From Bugula neritina (lineage: Eukaryota > Animalia > Bryozoa): a stretch of DNA of 64,000 nt. Both the position numbers and the translations under genes were made by a program. Below, piece after piece: positions 26,081 through 41,000 of this stretch. Location: positions 4,103,628 through 4,167,627 of the forward strand of contig OZ037771.1 of the NCBI GenBank assembly GCA_964035545.1, written 5' to 3'. The notes beneath the pieces were generated by a model. The model did no database searches. It saw only the letters and a program-made list of their open reading frames with translations, and was not told the DNA's origin. Position 1 is the first letter of the stretch. Each line of letters begins with the position of its first letter.

Positions 26081-29000
26081 ATGTCAGACCAACCAACAGA
26101 AACTTCTGCCCCAGCAGAAGAAGTTACTGCTCCAACCGAACCCTCAACAACTACTGAAACTGAGGTTCCCGAAACTCAAACTGAAGCTGCCCCCAGCACT
26201 AATGAACAGGAAGCTCCGAAAGCTGAAGGTGAAGAAGCTACCACCGAGGAAGCGGCAAAGCAAGAAGAATCTAAGGATGAACCTGATGGCGATACTGAGC
26301 CAAGTGCAGAAGCTGAGGAAGCTGTTGTACCCCCACCAGAACCTATAGAAATCCCAGAAGGAAATGGTGAATGTAAGTGTCACTGTATCAGTATGACTAT
26401 ATGAGTATGAGTATCTGATTCTAGTAATCACTAATCTACTGGCCTGTAATTATTTAATCACAACGTGAATTTTAAAATAAGCACAACAGCGTTATCCTAG
26501 TTTGCTAATTAGTAATTCAAATTGTAATACCGAAGTGGTAAAAAACAAAATAATAAATATAATGATTGTTTTAATTTTGTCGAACTCGATATAATATTTT
26601 AATTGTCTCTATGAGTATGAAACCAGCGTGAAACCAGAACCTCGATAGTACCACATTGTTGAAAATTTCACGTTTCTTTTACTTCATAGTTTGAACAAAA
26701 CGAGATGGTAATCCTAGTAATACCGAATAAATAATTTGTCGCGGTGGCGATTTGCCTCTGTATGTCACTATATGAATATAATAATATTATTATTAATAAT
26801 CAGCATGTTGACCATCACGTTAAATGACAATGGACAATGGCTGTTCTAGCATAAATATGAAAATAACTATAATTGCTACGAAAGGCTCGGGCTTCTCTAA
26901 ATTATAATGTTTAATTTGGTAAGTCTTCCCTGAGATCATAACTGTCCAATTATGATAAGCTATTAATTTGTTAATGGGTGATTATTTGGGTTTCTTATAG
27001 TTATAGATATTCTATTGAACAATTCTTGCTAACAGATTTACAGTGTTCTAGAGCACTATCTAAATCAGCATATTTGATAAAAAATATTAGAATTGTCTGC
27101 GTTGTTGTAAATGTTTATTGACGTTATTCATAAATTGAAGAGTAAGCATTTTTTTAAGTTGGAGCTAGTTTTTGAGTATTATCCCACATTCATATTTAAG
27201 CAACTCTTGTAAAACGGATAAGATAATAAAAAAAATTATCTAAAGTTTTGATGAAAACAGTGGAGCAAAAATTTGCAATATCTATCAATAGATAAGAGCT
27301 ATTTTGACAAAAACAATTTGTAATATCAGATGATGAATGTCACACATGTCTAGATGTATACCAGTGATGATTTGGTGAAGATAATTTTTATTAGATATAA
27401 ATGACATGAGTTGTAGTGTAAGTTGTATTTTGCTCGAAGCCAACTTTGCGTTGTGAATGGTTATCGCTATTTAAAAGCTCAGTTCCTTGTAAACATGTTT
27501 ATATTAATTAATTATTATTATTCGGTCATGTTTTCATTTTGACTTTGAGCAATGAAATTTATTGTTGTATGCCACTAATCTCGAAGTTGGGCAGATGCGT
27601 TATGAATATATTATAATGAATTTAAATCACGAATTGGAATAGTGATTAGTGAAGGGTGATATCAGAGAGAGGAGTACTCACAGCTCTTTGTCTGTATTCA
27701 ACGAGATCCACCCGGTTCCCCCTTGTAATGCAATCAACAGAAGCTGTTATTTCTATTTATGCTGATTGATAAGGTCATATGCTGTAAAGATCTTCCTTTG
27801 TACGCAGCAGACAGTGGCAGGGCATGGGCTAGAGCAACATTCAGTTGAATGCACTTCTCAATCCTCACCACCATCAGAAATATTAAATTTTATGCACGGC
27901 TATTGATGTATTGTTGGGCATTTCTTTTGTCACAACTGTTAGGAACACGTCTGTCTGATTGGATGGCTGTCTGCATGAGAATGACTGCAATGGCCTAGTT
28001 CTTATATTTCCACAGCACCAGTGGTTGTGCCCCATATCAGCAACTGTGTGTCTCATGAGTCATCCTGGGTGGAACTGTTTTCCATTTGCAGAGGTCTCTG
28101 TAGTATTCCTGTTCTCACCGTGATAAGGGCTCTCGTTTGACATCTAGAAAATATGTCCGACTATGGAAGTGATAATGTCTCCCTGTTAACTGCTGCATAT
28201 TACAATAGATGCAACCCTTCGTATTGTTCCCTTGTTTATTTAGAGCCCATGATTTTGTGGTTTTTGTGTAGAAAAGAATTGGTTTGAATAGCTTTTGGTT
28301 GAAATGTAATTATCTCGGGTTTGAAGTTAGGCATGCAGGTTCATCGACATGATACTAGCTGCTGTAGCATACTCTGCCTACATATGGCCGACATGTTCTA
28401 TATCTTTACAACGATCTTTCTTTATATCTAGCTCTTTGCAGCACAGTTTTGCTATCATAAGCAGAACGGTTTTCTGCATGTACTGGCATGTACTGTATTA
28501 TGTGGCGCTACTACTTGCTATACAGTCTAGAAGCTGGTTTTATTTCTTTTAATCCAAGAACTTCAGTTTCTGGTATTATGCAAATATCACTTTTAAAAGA
28601 TTTACACCAAGTTACAAATTGTATGACAAATAATTACAATTTTTATTACAACCTTGTGATTACAATTTTACTTGTCATTCTTCCAAAATATTTCGGTTTT
28701 GGCAAAGCGTTTGTATTCAATCCACCAATCATAAACTTATTAATAGTTCTCACATCTGGAACTGGTTGCTATGGTTGTGTACTCTATTCTAGTGACAGCG
28801 ACTGACAACTGACAATTTAATTGGTGTAATGGGACGTGGTAAATGCTAGCAGATGTAATGTTAGCTAACCTATGAGATGGGGCTTGCAGTACCTACTCTG
28901 TCCATAATGTTCTCAATATGACTCTAAGAGCAGTAATTAATTATTGCTGTAATGTGAATTGCATCTTGTATACACATTGGTGGGCATTACAGCTGTCCCT

Positions 29001-32000
29001 GAGTTTGGCCGAGTTCTATATATCTCTACTTCTATTTGACCTTTGTTTTGGCATCTTTAGCAGATGGTGTGCTCTTCATAGAGCTTCACAAGTGAACAGC
29101 CTTTAGCCTTCTATTGAGATAGTCTTAATGTTATTAAAAGCTAAAAGAGTAACCCTAAAAGGAGGCAGCTTAATGATGACTATTTCATGTTCTTGACAGG
29201 CTATTCAAAATAATGTAGAGTTGAAATATAATATTCTTAAAACATTTTTTATTAATTGAAAGTTATAAAATAATAGAATTACTGAATTTTAAAAACTAGA
29301 TTTTTTACCCCAGGAAGTGAATGTGCTTTGTTTGAAGAGAAGATAACTTGTATTATGTTAGGAATATTTTCTAAAGTTGAGGTCGCACCGCTTTCTGCAA
29401 ATCATTTGCTCCAAGTAATTTTAAAACAAGGTTTTACACTTCTATTTTCCAGGCTTCGTGAAGTTTCCTGGGTATAAGAGTAAATATTTTTATTTTTTAC
29501 AAATAAAATTATGGTGGTGGCTACAAAATATTGTGCTGGGTATTAAACACGCAGTGCCTAGTTCTGTAGACCAACAAAGATGTTTCTGGTTGCCTTGAGA
29601 GGTGATGATTAACCATCAAACTGTAATGGCCTTTGTGCGAACCTCACTTTGTAATGGTGGCATTGCATTTCAAAGTAGCAGTTCACTGCTGCAGATATTT
29701 GTTTAGCTAGTAGTTAATGTCATTAATAGACAAAAGAGATTAGGCCCTGTCTGTCTGTGCGTCTTGCCTGAATAAACTACTAGACAACGGAGTGACATTT
29801 GAGAAGGCCGGGTCAGTTGTCTCCGCTCTGTTTTCTCAAATAAATGTAATTTAAAATAAAAGCAAAACCGAGATTCTCAATTCTGATTAGTTCTGTGTGT
29901 AACATCATTGATTTCTTTGCATAGAGTGGCTTCGGCTGACTCATTCTGACGCTGACCTAGTCAGGCAGCGATCGGTGAGTCAGACAGCACGCTGCTTCAG
30001 TTTTAATGATGGAGTGGGCAGCATTGCTACTCGTGAATCAGCGAATTTGTTGCTGCAAATGTTAAGGGATGATTCAAAATAAATTGGCACATTTTAATCA
30101 ATAATTATTAAACAAGCAATTGGCAGAGAATAATATTGCTTGTAACTAATATCATCACTATTCCACTAAAAATTATCACAATGTTATTTAGCAAACTTTC
30201 GTTATTTTTTTAACATTAATTTAGTCAAAAATATTTGTGGGCAAAGAGAGCGGCAGCTGTGTGAGTATTTTGAGACTCCGAGCCACTGTAAAGCTTATCA
30301 CAAGTTGTTTGGCTGGTTTGGTGGCTGCGTGTTAACCACAGAGTTACCACAGCCAGTCAAGTCTCCATGCTTGTGAACAAAATGTGATTTGGTAGTTGGG
30401 AACTAGCAATGCACACAATTTAGACTACGAATAACCAACAGTATCACTTTAAGTATTGTTTTATTAACACGAAATAAAATATGATGGCTGGAAGCCAGCA
30501 TTTGTTGGTTGGTGGCGGTTTGTTAGAATATTTTCAGCACGGCATAGTCGGCGGACTAATGTAGCTGGGCTTTCATCGTACCAGATTGTTCTTCCGCTAT
30601 GCTGTGAGCTACTGTGGCTGCATATGGATTAGCATCGCGGGTAAACTTGAGTCATAAGTATTAGTCTATTTTTGAATCACTTAGGGGATTTCTTTATTGA
30701 TTTACGCTTTATCACACGCCTTTGAAGGGCTGCTGTCCGTGCTAGATCGTAGCAATATGTAGGTTGGCTAAGAAACTGACTAGAACACTGTAGGTCAAGT
30801 ATTACAGTATCTGAACGTTACATTGGTGTGAATTATGTTAGATTCATTGCCTAATGCTATTACTGAGAGCTATGCAGGTTACTTGTTTATAAAAATCTGG
30901 TTCCAATAAAAAGTATAACAACATATTTGTCACATGACAAGCTTTCAGCTGTGCTGGATACGTTTTCCAAAACAAGAAACACAACTATTGAAAGCACATA
31001 ATTGAAATTTTTGAGAAGCCTTCATGATTATTTCATCCTTTCCTCTCTGTGGCCTAATTATGTTTCATCGGCCATTCAATCTACCAGCTTGTCATCACGT
31101 TGGTTAACTGACAGTCCTAATATAGTTTTACTTTAGTACAATAATCATTTCGCCGACAACTGTTTTAGAATTACTTTAAATTTCTTAGTACCAGCAGTGC
31201 AGATTAAAACCCATTATTTTCGTTGCAAACGTGCGGTTCGTAGGAATTTTAAGTCAATGGGAAAAGTATTCAATAAAGCAGCCAATGGGAAGGCCGATCT
31301 TGTGACCTACATAAGCCACCGCGAGCATTACGCGCCATTGTAAGCTTCCCTTGCTGCTGGTTGGTCTATCGATTATCTGGTTTGAAATGATTCACTAGAT
31401 GACTACGTGAGTTAAAGCCTCACTCAAGAACCCGATGTTGACCGTGATGTAATCTACATAATTACTGTAGAATAACTATAAATTATTGCATATAATAAAC
31501 CGATGGCCTTCTTAATTGTGTTTTTGACATTGAGGCAATAGCATAGCATATGGCTGCGCTTGTTCTGCCATTATTGAGCTAATTATCAAGGCTGGCTGTA
31601 ATCTACCAGCAAGTCCAGCTTCGGTTATGATGAATAAATTATTGTATTTATTATCCTATCAAGTATTGCTGTTGACTAGCTACATGATGTTGTAGAGACA
31701 CCAGACTGGAATGTATTCTGAGGTATTTCTCAGTCACATCCTTACACTTGTTCTCTTCTTGATTTTCAGTGGTGCTGGTGACAGGAGCCACTGGCTACTT
31801 GGCATCGCACATCATCAAGCAGCTAGTCGAGTCTGGACAGTTCAAAGTTCGTGGCACAGTCAGAAGTTTGGAGAATAATGAAAAACTGGAGAAACTGAAG
31901 TCTTTGCTCCAAGAGAATTCTAAATACGAGTTGGAGTTTGTGGAGGCCGACCTTACAAAGGCAGATACATGGAAAGAGTGAGTAGCTGCATACCATAAGT

Positions 32001-35000
32001 GTGGAGGGGGGGGGGGGGGGGTTACATGTCTAGGGTATGTTTAGGAGTCTTTGTGGAGATGTATCCAGTAAATATTGAAATTGCTAATTGAAAAAGGGGA
32101 GAGGGTGGGTCTAAAGTTATGATCTAAAATTTTGTAGTTTCTAAATGCTAGAGTCATGTCCTGGCATGTGCTATCACGATGATCACCCAGTAGTAGTCGA
32201 TTATATTTGAGAGTTGAGTGAGTTATAGTTCAGGGATAGAGTTAGTTACAGTTCAGAGTTAAAGTCGATGAGCTAAAGCAAAGTTTGGTGGTAGAAAGAG
32301 GCTTATAAACACTGTGTTGCTACGGTGTGAAATGAAATATCCTCTAAGAAATGTGGTATTAGTTTTATTTATGCATAGTATTGTATAGAGCTCTTCTTTC
32401 CCTAAACACAATAAAATCAGCTTTGCAGCTCTTTTTGCTGGTAATGCTTGTGGGGATTATCAACGTTGCTTGCAGATTTGCTGCAGTGTACTAATTTTAT
32501 TCCTATTTATGCTGGGTGTCGCACTTTGTACACGAGTGTGTTACCAGTCAAAGTTCTTGCTTTGAAACTGCTGAAACTGTATTGATGACACCCAAACCAA
32601 CTTTTCAACTTTCTAATACCTTCAGTTTAATTTCTACTCTCGGAATAAGACATAAATTGTCGTATTCTCTTTCAGTCGAACTTTCTGGTTGGAGTAAAGG
32701 AAGTTTTATGTGTCTCATACAGCTACAGCTTTTATTGATTTTTTAAGCAAAAACATGCACAGATGTAGACCAAGAAATATATAATTGAAGTTTTTATTAA
32801 TTAGCCCCATTTACAGTTTGTGAAGTTTATGATTCTAAAGATTTTTTCGGGAAGCAACCCAAGTTTCCTTTGGTTATAAATCCCTCTCAGGTCAGTTGTT
32901 GCGCTAGCTGGGGCATATTTTAAAGTCTGGGTTTTTAATCTTATAGTCCACCTCCTGTTTGAGAATCATTTGAAATTGAAAAATCTAGGGTTAGAAAACT
33001 CCGCTTGCTATCCAGAAGGGCACAACTCTCTTCAGCCAAATGCTGGTCTCAAAGTACAAAGCTATCTCTATTGTTGAATTTTTATTAAATTGATTTTCAC
33101 TTAGCCACATTTGATACTGCTTCTACATGAAGTTTTTTTCAGACAAAAAGTATTGATTTTTAATTACCTCATGCATGCTCATTCTTAGATTAAGACTTAA
33201 CAGTTTAATGCTTAAATTGAGTAAATTAACGATACACCTCTTGTATCCCCCTACTAAAATGATTTCATCACGGAATACAGAAGCTACTATGTTACAAACT
33301 GCACTGCATTATTTAGCTGAGTGTATTCCCATCGGATCTGGGCTTTCTTTTAAAAAGAAAAGAAATTGTTCCTAATAATAGTCTGTGTAACAGAATTGGC
33401 AATTATTTTTCAGTACAGTGCAATGTCTGGCTGCATTGACTACCGTTTTTCAAACAGTTTTCACTCCCTGACCCAGACTGCAATCCAGGGTCAGTTGGGA
33501 TGATTTAGTTTTGTGGGCAGACCTTCAGATTTGTCAACTAATAGCCAATTATGGATAGTCAAAACTTTCACTCTTTCTAAAGTTGTAAACAGAAACAGTT
33601 TTGTCATCGCCCATTAGTTCTGTAATGGTAGAGCTCCTCCTAAAATTTGTATTTAGTGATCAGTATACACTTGAATTTTTATTGTTTATTATTCATGTTA
33701 TTGTTTATTGTTTTTTTAGTGCTGTCAAAGGGTGTGAATATGTGATTCACACAGCTAGCCCTTTCCCAGTGACGGAGCCAGAAAACTCTAACGATGTAAT
33801 TGATCCAGCCAGGGATGGCACAATCTCTGTACTCAAGGCTTGTGTAGAAGATGGAGGAGTGAAAAGAGTCGTAATGACCAGCTCCCTCGTCGCCATCACG
33901 TCTGGCAAAACTCGTGAGTTGGCCACTTCCAACTATAATTTGTATCAAAGTTCTTATGATTCTGAAGATGGTATTATTTGTAGTTATAAACTAAAGTTAT
34001 TGCATTTAACAAACGCTAGAGAGATATGAGCCACTTGCCACAGGAGCCCTCATGGCCTTCTCAGTTGAGGTTATAAATTGCCCTGAAGATTTTCCCCAGA
34101 CTTCCAATACCTTCCTTCTGATGTGCTGTTCATCTCTAGCTTGCTCTGTAGTTGATGGTGACTTTTGGCAAGGCCGATCTCTTGCAAATATTTCTGAATG
34201 AAATCAAACCATAATTTTATTGAGAAAACAACTCCCTTGCAGAAACTTAAACGTCAGCAATCCTGAATGAAAGCTTAGTAGCAAATATAATACACCAGAG
34301 CAGCTAGCAGCTAGGCCACTCATACAAACTAAAATATTACTCCTCACCTATGCTTTCTATCTTCAGTTGGTGCCACCTTTGCTTCTTTTGAAAATTAAAA
34401 AAGTTCTGTATTTGAGACTCTACCACATTATGCCATGCAACTAGTGTGTTTGAATAACGTAAACTAAAAAAATAGAAAAACCTGACTAGATTCATTCAGG
34501 AAGATTTTCACAACATCTAGCTGCTTGTAGTTGACAAGAATGTGTGCACTGAGGAGATGTGGGCGGATACGGAGAAAAGCACCAGTGCATACGACAAGAG
34601 CAAAGCCTTAGCTGAGAAGGCAGCATGGGACTTCATCAAGACAGAGCTGCCAGGTTGGTAGTGAATTAACTACTTAGTTACAACAGAGGCAGCAGCATTG
34701 GCAGCATTTCATCTCATCCTTCTCAGGGGATGGCTGCTGTGTTACATCATCTGTGCTGATTTACATTGATAGTGGGGCAGCATTCTTACGTAACACTGCC
34801 TTATGCAGTGCTTGTCTGATGTGTGTTAGCTGCTGGTGCTGTGTTCCAGTTGGCTACATTGTAATTATATCTTGTGTATAACTAATGTGGAGCTTCCTTT
34901 GTGCAGTTCAACTTCACACTTGATGTGCTAGTGGAATAGTTTTAATGTGGGTATTGAGTATAGTTATGTGTGGGTTATACATATGTGGGCCTTCTGTTAC

Positions 35001-38000
35001 GTAATGCTATGTGTTTGGTATTTAGAAGGCAGCGGTTTGGAGCTGTCGGTAATCAATCCTGGATTTCTTGTTGGCCCTCCATTGATGAAGATGGACAGCT
35101 TCAGTGTTGAGGTAATTCATTGATGAACTTTCTATTAAATATATGTAGAGTAATATCTACAGTAAATATACAAAATAATATTTTCATAGTAAATATACAA
35201 AAAATAGCTACATTAAATAACAACAAAAGTAAGTCATAATAACATCCCAATTGAAAAACCAAGATTTTGTTTTATAAAATAAAGTGACAACGATCAGGGT
35301 AAAATTTGGTGAAGTTGGGTTGGGAGTAGAGCAGTTATTAGAGATGTTGAATCCATGGTACAAAGCAGATACAAGGTACACTGTTGTTTGTGCTGTGAAC
35401 ATCTATAATCTGTCAGGGCAGCTGCTCACATTGTAAACAGAGAGTATGCAGGCAGCGAATGAACTACTCTCACATGACAACCACACTTGCCAATCTGCAG
35501 TAGAGAGTATCAGTAGAAAAATGCTGGTGTTATGACATGATTCCTGCTTTGAATGGTATCTCGGTGACATTCTCCACTTGCTTGCATGATAGCTGTGCGA
35601 GTAAAGAATTTGAAATGGATTTTGAACAAGCCTATAAAATGTCTCAATATTGAAGTGAGATATTCCATTGTAATGTATACTACTATGGGTTATGCACTAA
35701 CAACAATGGTAGATATTATCATGTATTCCCATTGAACACTCGGGTTTAACCGGGGTGCCATTTGTGTGACATATTTGGTGTCTTATATCATAGAATTGCT
35801 GAGCTGAGGCTACCAGCCTGTAGGTAGAACCCACCACTATGCTAAACTACCACCACATTCATTTGCCTCTTTGTGAATGAATACAAACCAGTCATATTCT
35901 ATGAACTGCTTCCTGCTTGTGGGTAGATGTTGTAGAAAAGATGACAACTCTACACCATACACTTCTCTCTACACGATATACTTCTCTCTACATGATATAC
36001 TCTTCTCTCTACATGATATACTCTTCTCTCTACATGATATACTCTTCTCTCTACACGATATACTTTTCTCTACATGATTCACTTCTTTCTACACCATATA
36101 GTTCTCTCTATTCTTGATATACACTTCTCTACACGATACACTTCTCTCTACACGATATACACTTCTCTCTACGCGATACACTTCTCTACACGACATACTT
36201 CTCTCTATACGAGATACACTTCTCTCTACACAATACACTTCTCTCTACATGATATACTCTTCTCTCTACATGATATACTCTTCTCTCTACTTGATATACT
36301 TCTCTCTACACGATATAGTTCTCTCTACATGATATACTCTTCTCTCTACATGATATACTTCTCTCTACATGATATACTCTTCTCTCTACATGATATACTT
36401 CTCTCTACACGATATAGTTCTCTCTACATGATATACTCTTCTCTCTACATGATATACTTCTCTCTACACGATATACTCCTCTCTACATGATATACTCCTC
36501 TCTACATGATATACTTCCCTCTACACTTCCCTCTACATTTCTCTCTACATTTCTCTCTATGCGAAACACTTCTCTCTACACGATATACACTTCTCTCTAC
36601 AAGACATACTCCTCTCTACAAGACATACACTATACATGTTCCACATAACACAGGAGTTACTGTGTTGCAGGTAATCAAGAAGCTGATGAATAGAGAGTAC
36701 TCCGTTCTCCCTAAGATCAGCTACAGCTGCTCAGATGTTCGGGATGTGGCCCTGGCGCACATGAGAGCTATGATGATCAAACAGGCCGCAGGTAAAACCT
36801 ACCTACCTACAGTTCCATTGTTTTTATTTTTTATTCTGTATCTAATCACATTTAGTAAATGAAAGTGGCAGATGAATACAGGCAACATAGGGTAAAGTAT
36901 GAGATTGGCAAATTACAACAATAATTTTCCCTATGTGTATTGGTTTGCAGCCTGCTTCTAACTGTATAGAAACTTACATTTAGTTTTCTCATATCCTTCA
37001 TACTAACAAATTCTGGTGTTATTTATTATTTAATTTAAGAGAGTTTTATAATGCAATAAGTAGGTTTTATCACAGTGGTAGCCCAGACTGCCTGAACTGT
37101 AACGACCACTATGTGTATTGTATAGCGAGAGGGAGGTTTGAATAACTACCAACTAGTTCAAAGGGAGCATGGAATATTCATACAGTTCTATGGGATATTT
37201 TTTATCATTTAATATTTGATTTGCAGCTGCGAAATGAATTGTTTGTCACTTTCACCACGGTGCAAAGTCCAACATAATAAGAGTAATAATGATGACAGAT
37301 ACATGAACCATAATTATGTTATTTTTTATTTGTTAGCAAAAGTGGTGCTCTACTTGTCAAATATTGTCTGTAAGCAACATTTCCATAAATAACAGAGTTG
37401 ACTAGTCCTGGCCAACCAAACATTTCGCTGAGCTCTGTGCTACATGCTTTGTGGATGGATATAATAATAAGTGACATGTTAGGGCAACTCCCGACTTATA
37501 TTTAGCAACTCCTTAAAAACAATATAGTTGATGGTCACCTGAAAACTTCTACTTCAGCTAGTATATTTAAAAAAAATGATTTGGCACGACTACAAATTAA
37601 TACAGCTTGTAGAATTAGTTGAGAAAGGTTATACAGTACTCCCTCTGTATCTCACTAAGTTGCGGGTCCTGAAACTTCGATTCCCGACATAGTAGAGTAA
37701 CAGATGTAACTCTCAGATCCGTTAAATGCAGCCATTTTGTCCCTATAAACACATACGTAAGCCACAAATAGGGGGTCCAAGCCCTTGTGTGACCTGTGGA
37801 GTTTTGTGAGGAACGGATATGTAGGGAGCACTGTAATTGGTTATAAGATGTTGAGCTGTTTTGTTACCAAAGAACTACCACAGTTCCCCAGAGTATTTTA
37901 ACTTATACATCCCACAGGATAGCTGGATTAATAGATACATACAATCAATATCTGTCCATCAACATCTACTTGGCAAATGTACAAAACTTTAATCAGAGTT

Positions 38001-41000
38001 GCAAATAAGAATGTAAAGTATGTTAGAGATATACTGGTATGCATAATGGAATATCCTGAAAAACTGATGTTTTTAGAGTTTACCAAAGGTTAGCATTCTA
38101 GTTATTTCAGCAATTTGAATTTCTTTTTATGCTTTTTTTTACCAAATATTAGTTTGCATTGTTTTGCATGAGTAAGCTGTAATAGTACTTACTGGTAGTG
38201 ACTATGTCTAAATATTGTCGCAATGTTGTGTATCATCATATCACCATTCTCTGGTTTATGGAGAAGATAATTAGCAGGAAGGTTTTAATTGACATAGTTA
38301 TTGCCTATAAGTATCAAAAGTTCACATGTGTATAATTAGAGAGATGCATATACAATATTTCTTGAAAATTTCTCTAGTAGGTTTATTATTTTCTCTAATT
38401 CTGTGTGAAAGACGTATCAGTTTCTGCAGGTGTAAGTTTATTAGTATGTACTGTAGGTGTAAGTATGTTGTAAGTATATTAACATGTACTGCAGTTGTAA
38501 GTGTGTTAATATATACTGCAGGTGTAAGTGTGTTGCTACGTACTGTAGGTGTAAGTGTGTTAACAAATATATCCTTGCCATTCCCAGGTCACAGGCACGT
38601 GGTAACCAAGGAATCTGTGTGGCTCAAAGACATGGCTAACATCTTGTCCCAGGAATTCAACAGCCAAGGTGGGAAAGCCTTCAATTTGCCACCATGAAGT
38701 GGTGTGGGTTGTGTTGGCGTCATGTTTTCTGCGACTTCCTGAAATATTAGAGTAGTATTTTGGTCTCTGGACTCTAGAACAGTTCTAATACCACAGTTCA
38801 CTCTCCACGTATATTCTATTGCAGCACCTCAGCACATGCTAGCTGCCTGAGCATTACTTCACTTCCCCTTGTATATGCCAACACACTTACATGTGTATAT
38901 TTTATATAATAGTGATATCTTGCAAGAAGGCTGCCAATTTCTTCTATCTTGTAAGGATAACAATCAGTCTGTCTGTGTGTCTATATTCTATAGGATGTTG
39001 GCTTCTTGCCAACTTTTTCATAGCTGTTGGGAGTTATGCTGTGTGTGATTCCATTCTTAAATCTTTGAATATCTTGCAGTAATGCTACTGCAAATAAAGC
39101 GACAAATTTGTTAAAAGAATTTAGGTTCAAATCTGAAACACAAAAATTACTAATGCTAACTGTTTGATTTTTCACCTCCCCTTTCCCCAAGACTTATTTA
39201 TTTGTATTGAAAAGTATCGTGTTATATGGTTGTGATGTTTATCTCCAGAGTTTTTACAGCTACAACAATTACAAAATGCCTGTAATTGGCAACTTATCAA
39301 TTAGCATTAGTAATGTTGTTCTTATCTGGAATTGCTAGATATACTAATAATCATACTAAACATGTTCCATTAAGATTAGTAACCAGCAATCAATATGTTA
39401 TCTTATGTTTCTAGGATTCAACATTCCAACATCACAAGTTCCTTATGTGATCGTGTGGATTAAGTCTCAGTTTGATCCTGAGATGAAACGAATGCTTCCA
39501 TCTATTGGCAAGATATGCCAGTATGATACTAAGAGGGTGAGCAGTTATTGTTCTGCGTTGATACTGCAGTTATGCTGGCCTTGCTGTGGGTGCTGATTAT
39601 AGCTTGCAGTAGTTAGTACAATATATGATAGTCTAGTTGGATGTTAACCAGTTTTTGTTTGAAAAAATTGAACACAATTTTAGTAGCTTTCAGTTTCTTC
39701 GATTTCACTTGAATTACAAATGGGCTCAATAGGTTATTTTTTATAAACTATTGAATTAGATGAAGTAAGTTGATAACAATCAGTAAGTTTTGTAATTAAA
39801 TAGTGAATTGAGTTGTAAGGATTAAAAAAGACAGCAGCTATCAGCATTTACCTGGTAGACTTGGCTCACCACTTGCATGCTGTAAGTTGAAGCTAGTCAT
39901 TTGATAAACCAATGTTTGTACTTGCTGTCAAAGGGTGTCAGCAAGTTCTGAAACATATACCCACAATCAACTGTTTTACCGTCAATTCACTATCTATTTA
40001 ATCACTCACCTAGTGTACTGTACCACCGGGTATGCTGCTGAATGTGGTGCGGCAAAGTATGGTGCTTGTGCAATCCAAAGTCAAAACTAATGCATTTTCT
40101 TCCATCATTTCCAGATGACTAATATACTACAAGTAGAGGCGAGGGAAATAAAGGACTCCTTATTGGAGATGGGACACGCCATGATCAACTTGGAGGTTGT
40201 GCAAAAAGTGGAAAAAACAGATAAGAAATCTCGCAAAGCCACTAACAAGAAGAAAAAAGTCGCGGTTAGTTACGCAGCACGTATAAATAATTGCTCTAAA
40301 GATGCTATTGCTTGTTCTGCTCATCGTTGCAGCCTATACTTGAGATTCGCACTGAATTTTGAACTCATCTTGATGAAACCGAGAGTTGTCTTTGCTATGC
40401 CTGGCATTAAAAGGACAGATAATTCTTATGATTCACCTTATGAGTTGAATAAATGAATAAATCTGTCACATTGTGGATAACTTAACATGTATTATGAATG
40501 GATTTTTATGAACAGAAAGACATGGAAGATGGTGAAGAGAAGAAAGATGAGCCGGAAAAGGCAGCTTCCACATCTGGGTCAGCAGAAAATGGCTCTGGAG
40601 CTGATGCTGCCGTTACAATTGAAGAGGTTGAAATCATTGATGATAACAAGGAAGTTGAAAATCAGGTTTGTTCTTTTTGACATGTTTGACATCAATGATT
40701 TTTGAACTTTGGAATTAAATATCCCATTTGTTCACTTCATGACTAGCTTTTGCTTAGACTCGGTCTGTAGAGCTGATTAAAGATGGCCGACGTGAAGTTA
40801 TTTGAAGCAGAACGTTTGATTGATGAGTTGCTTTGAGTTTAGACTGATTATTCAGTAACCAATGATTCTCATTTACGTTTTAGGAGGTTAAGCCTGCTGA
40901 AACTGAAGAAGCTGCTGGCGAGGTCAAAGTTGAGGCATCAGCTGATGCGGCAGAGCCTCTTTCTGAAGAAGAGGTGAAAGATGAAGCCACCACCTCTGAC

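Noticed and set aside
27640-28240. GC-richer intronic segment, possibly a decayed transposon
   Set aside because: No open frame or recognisable RT/transposase motif by eye; needs BLASTx.
35877-36660. Repetitive ORFs (SLHDILF/LYMIYSS)
   Set aside because: Products of an intronic minisatellite.
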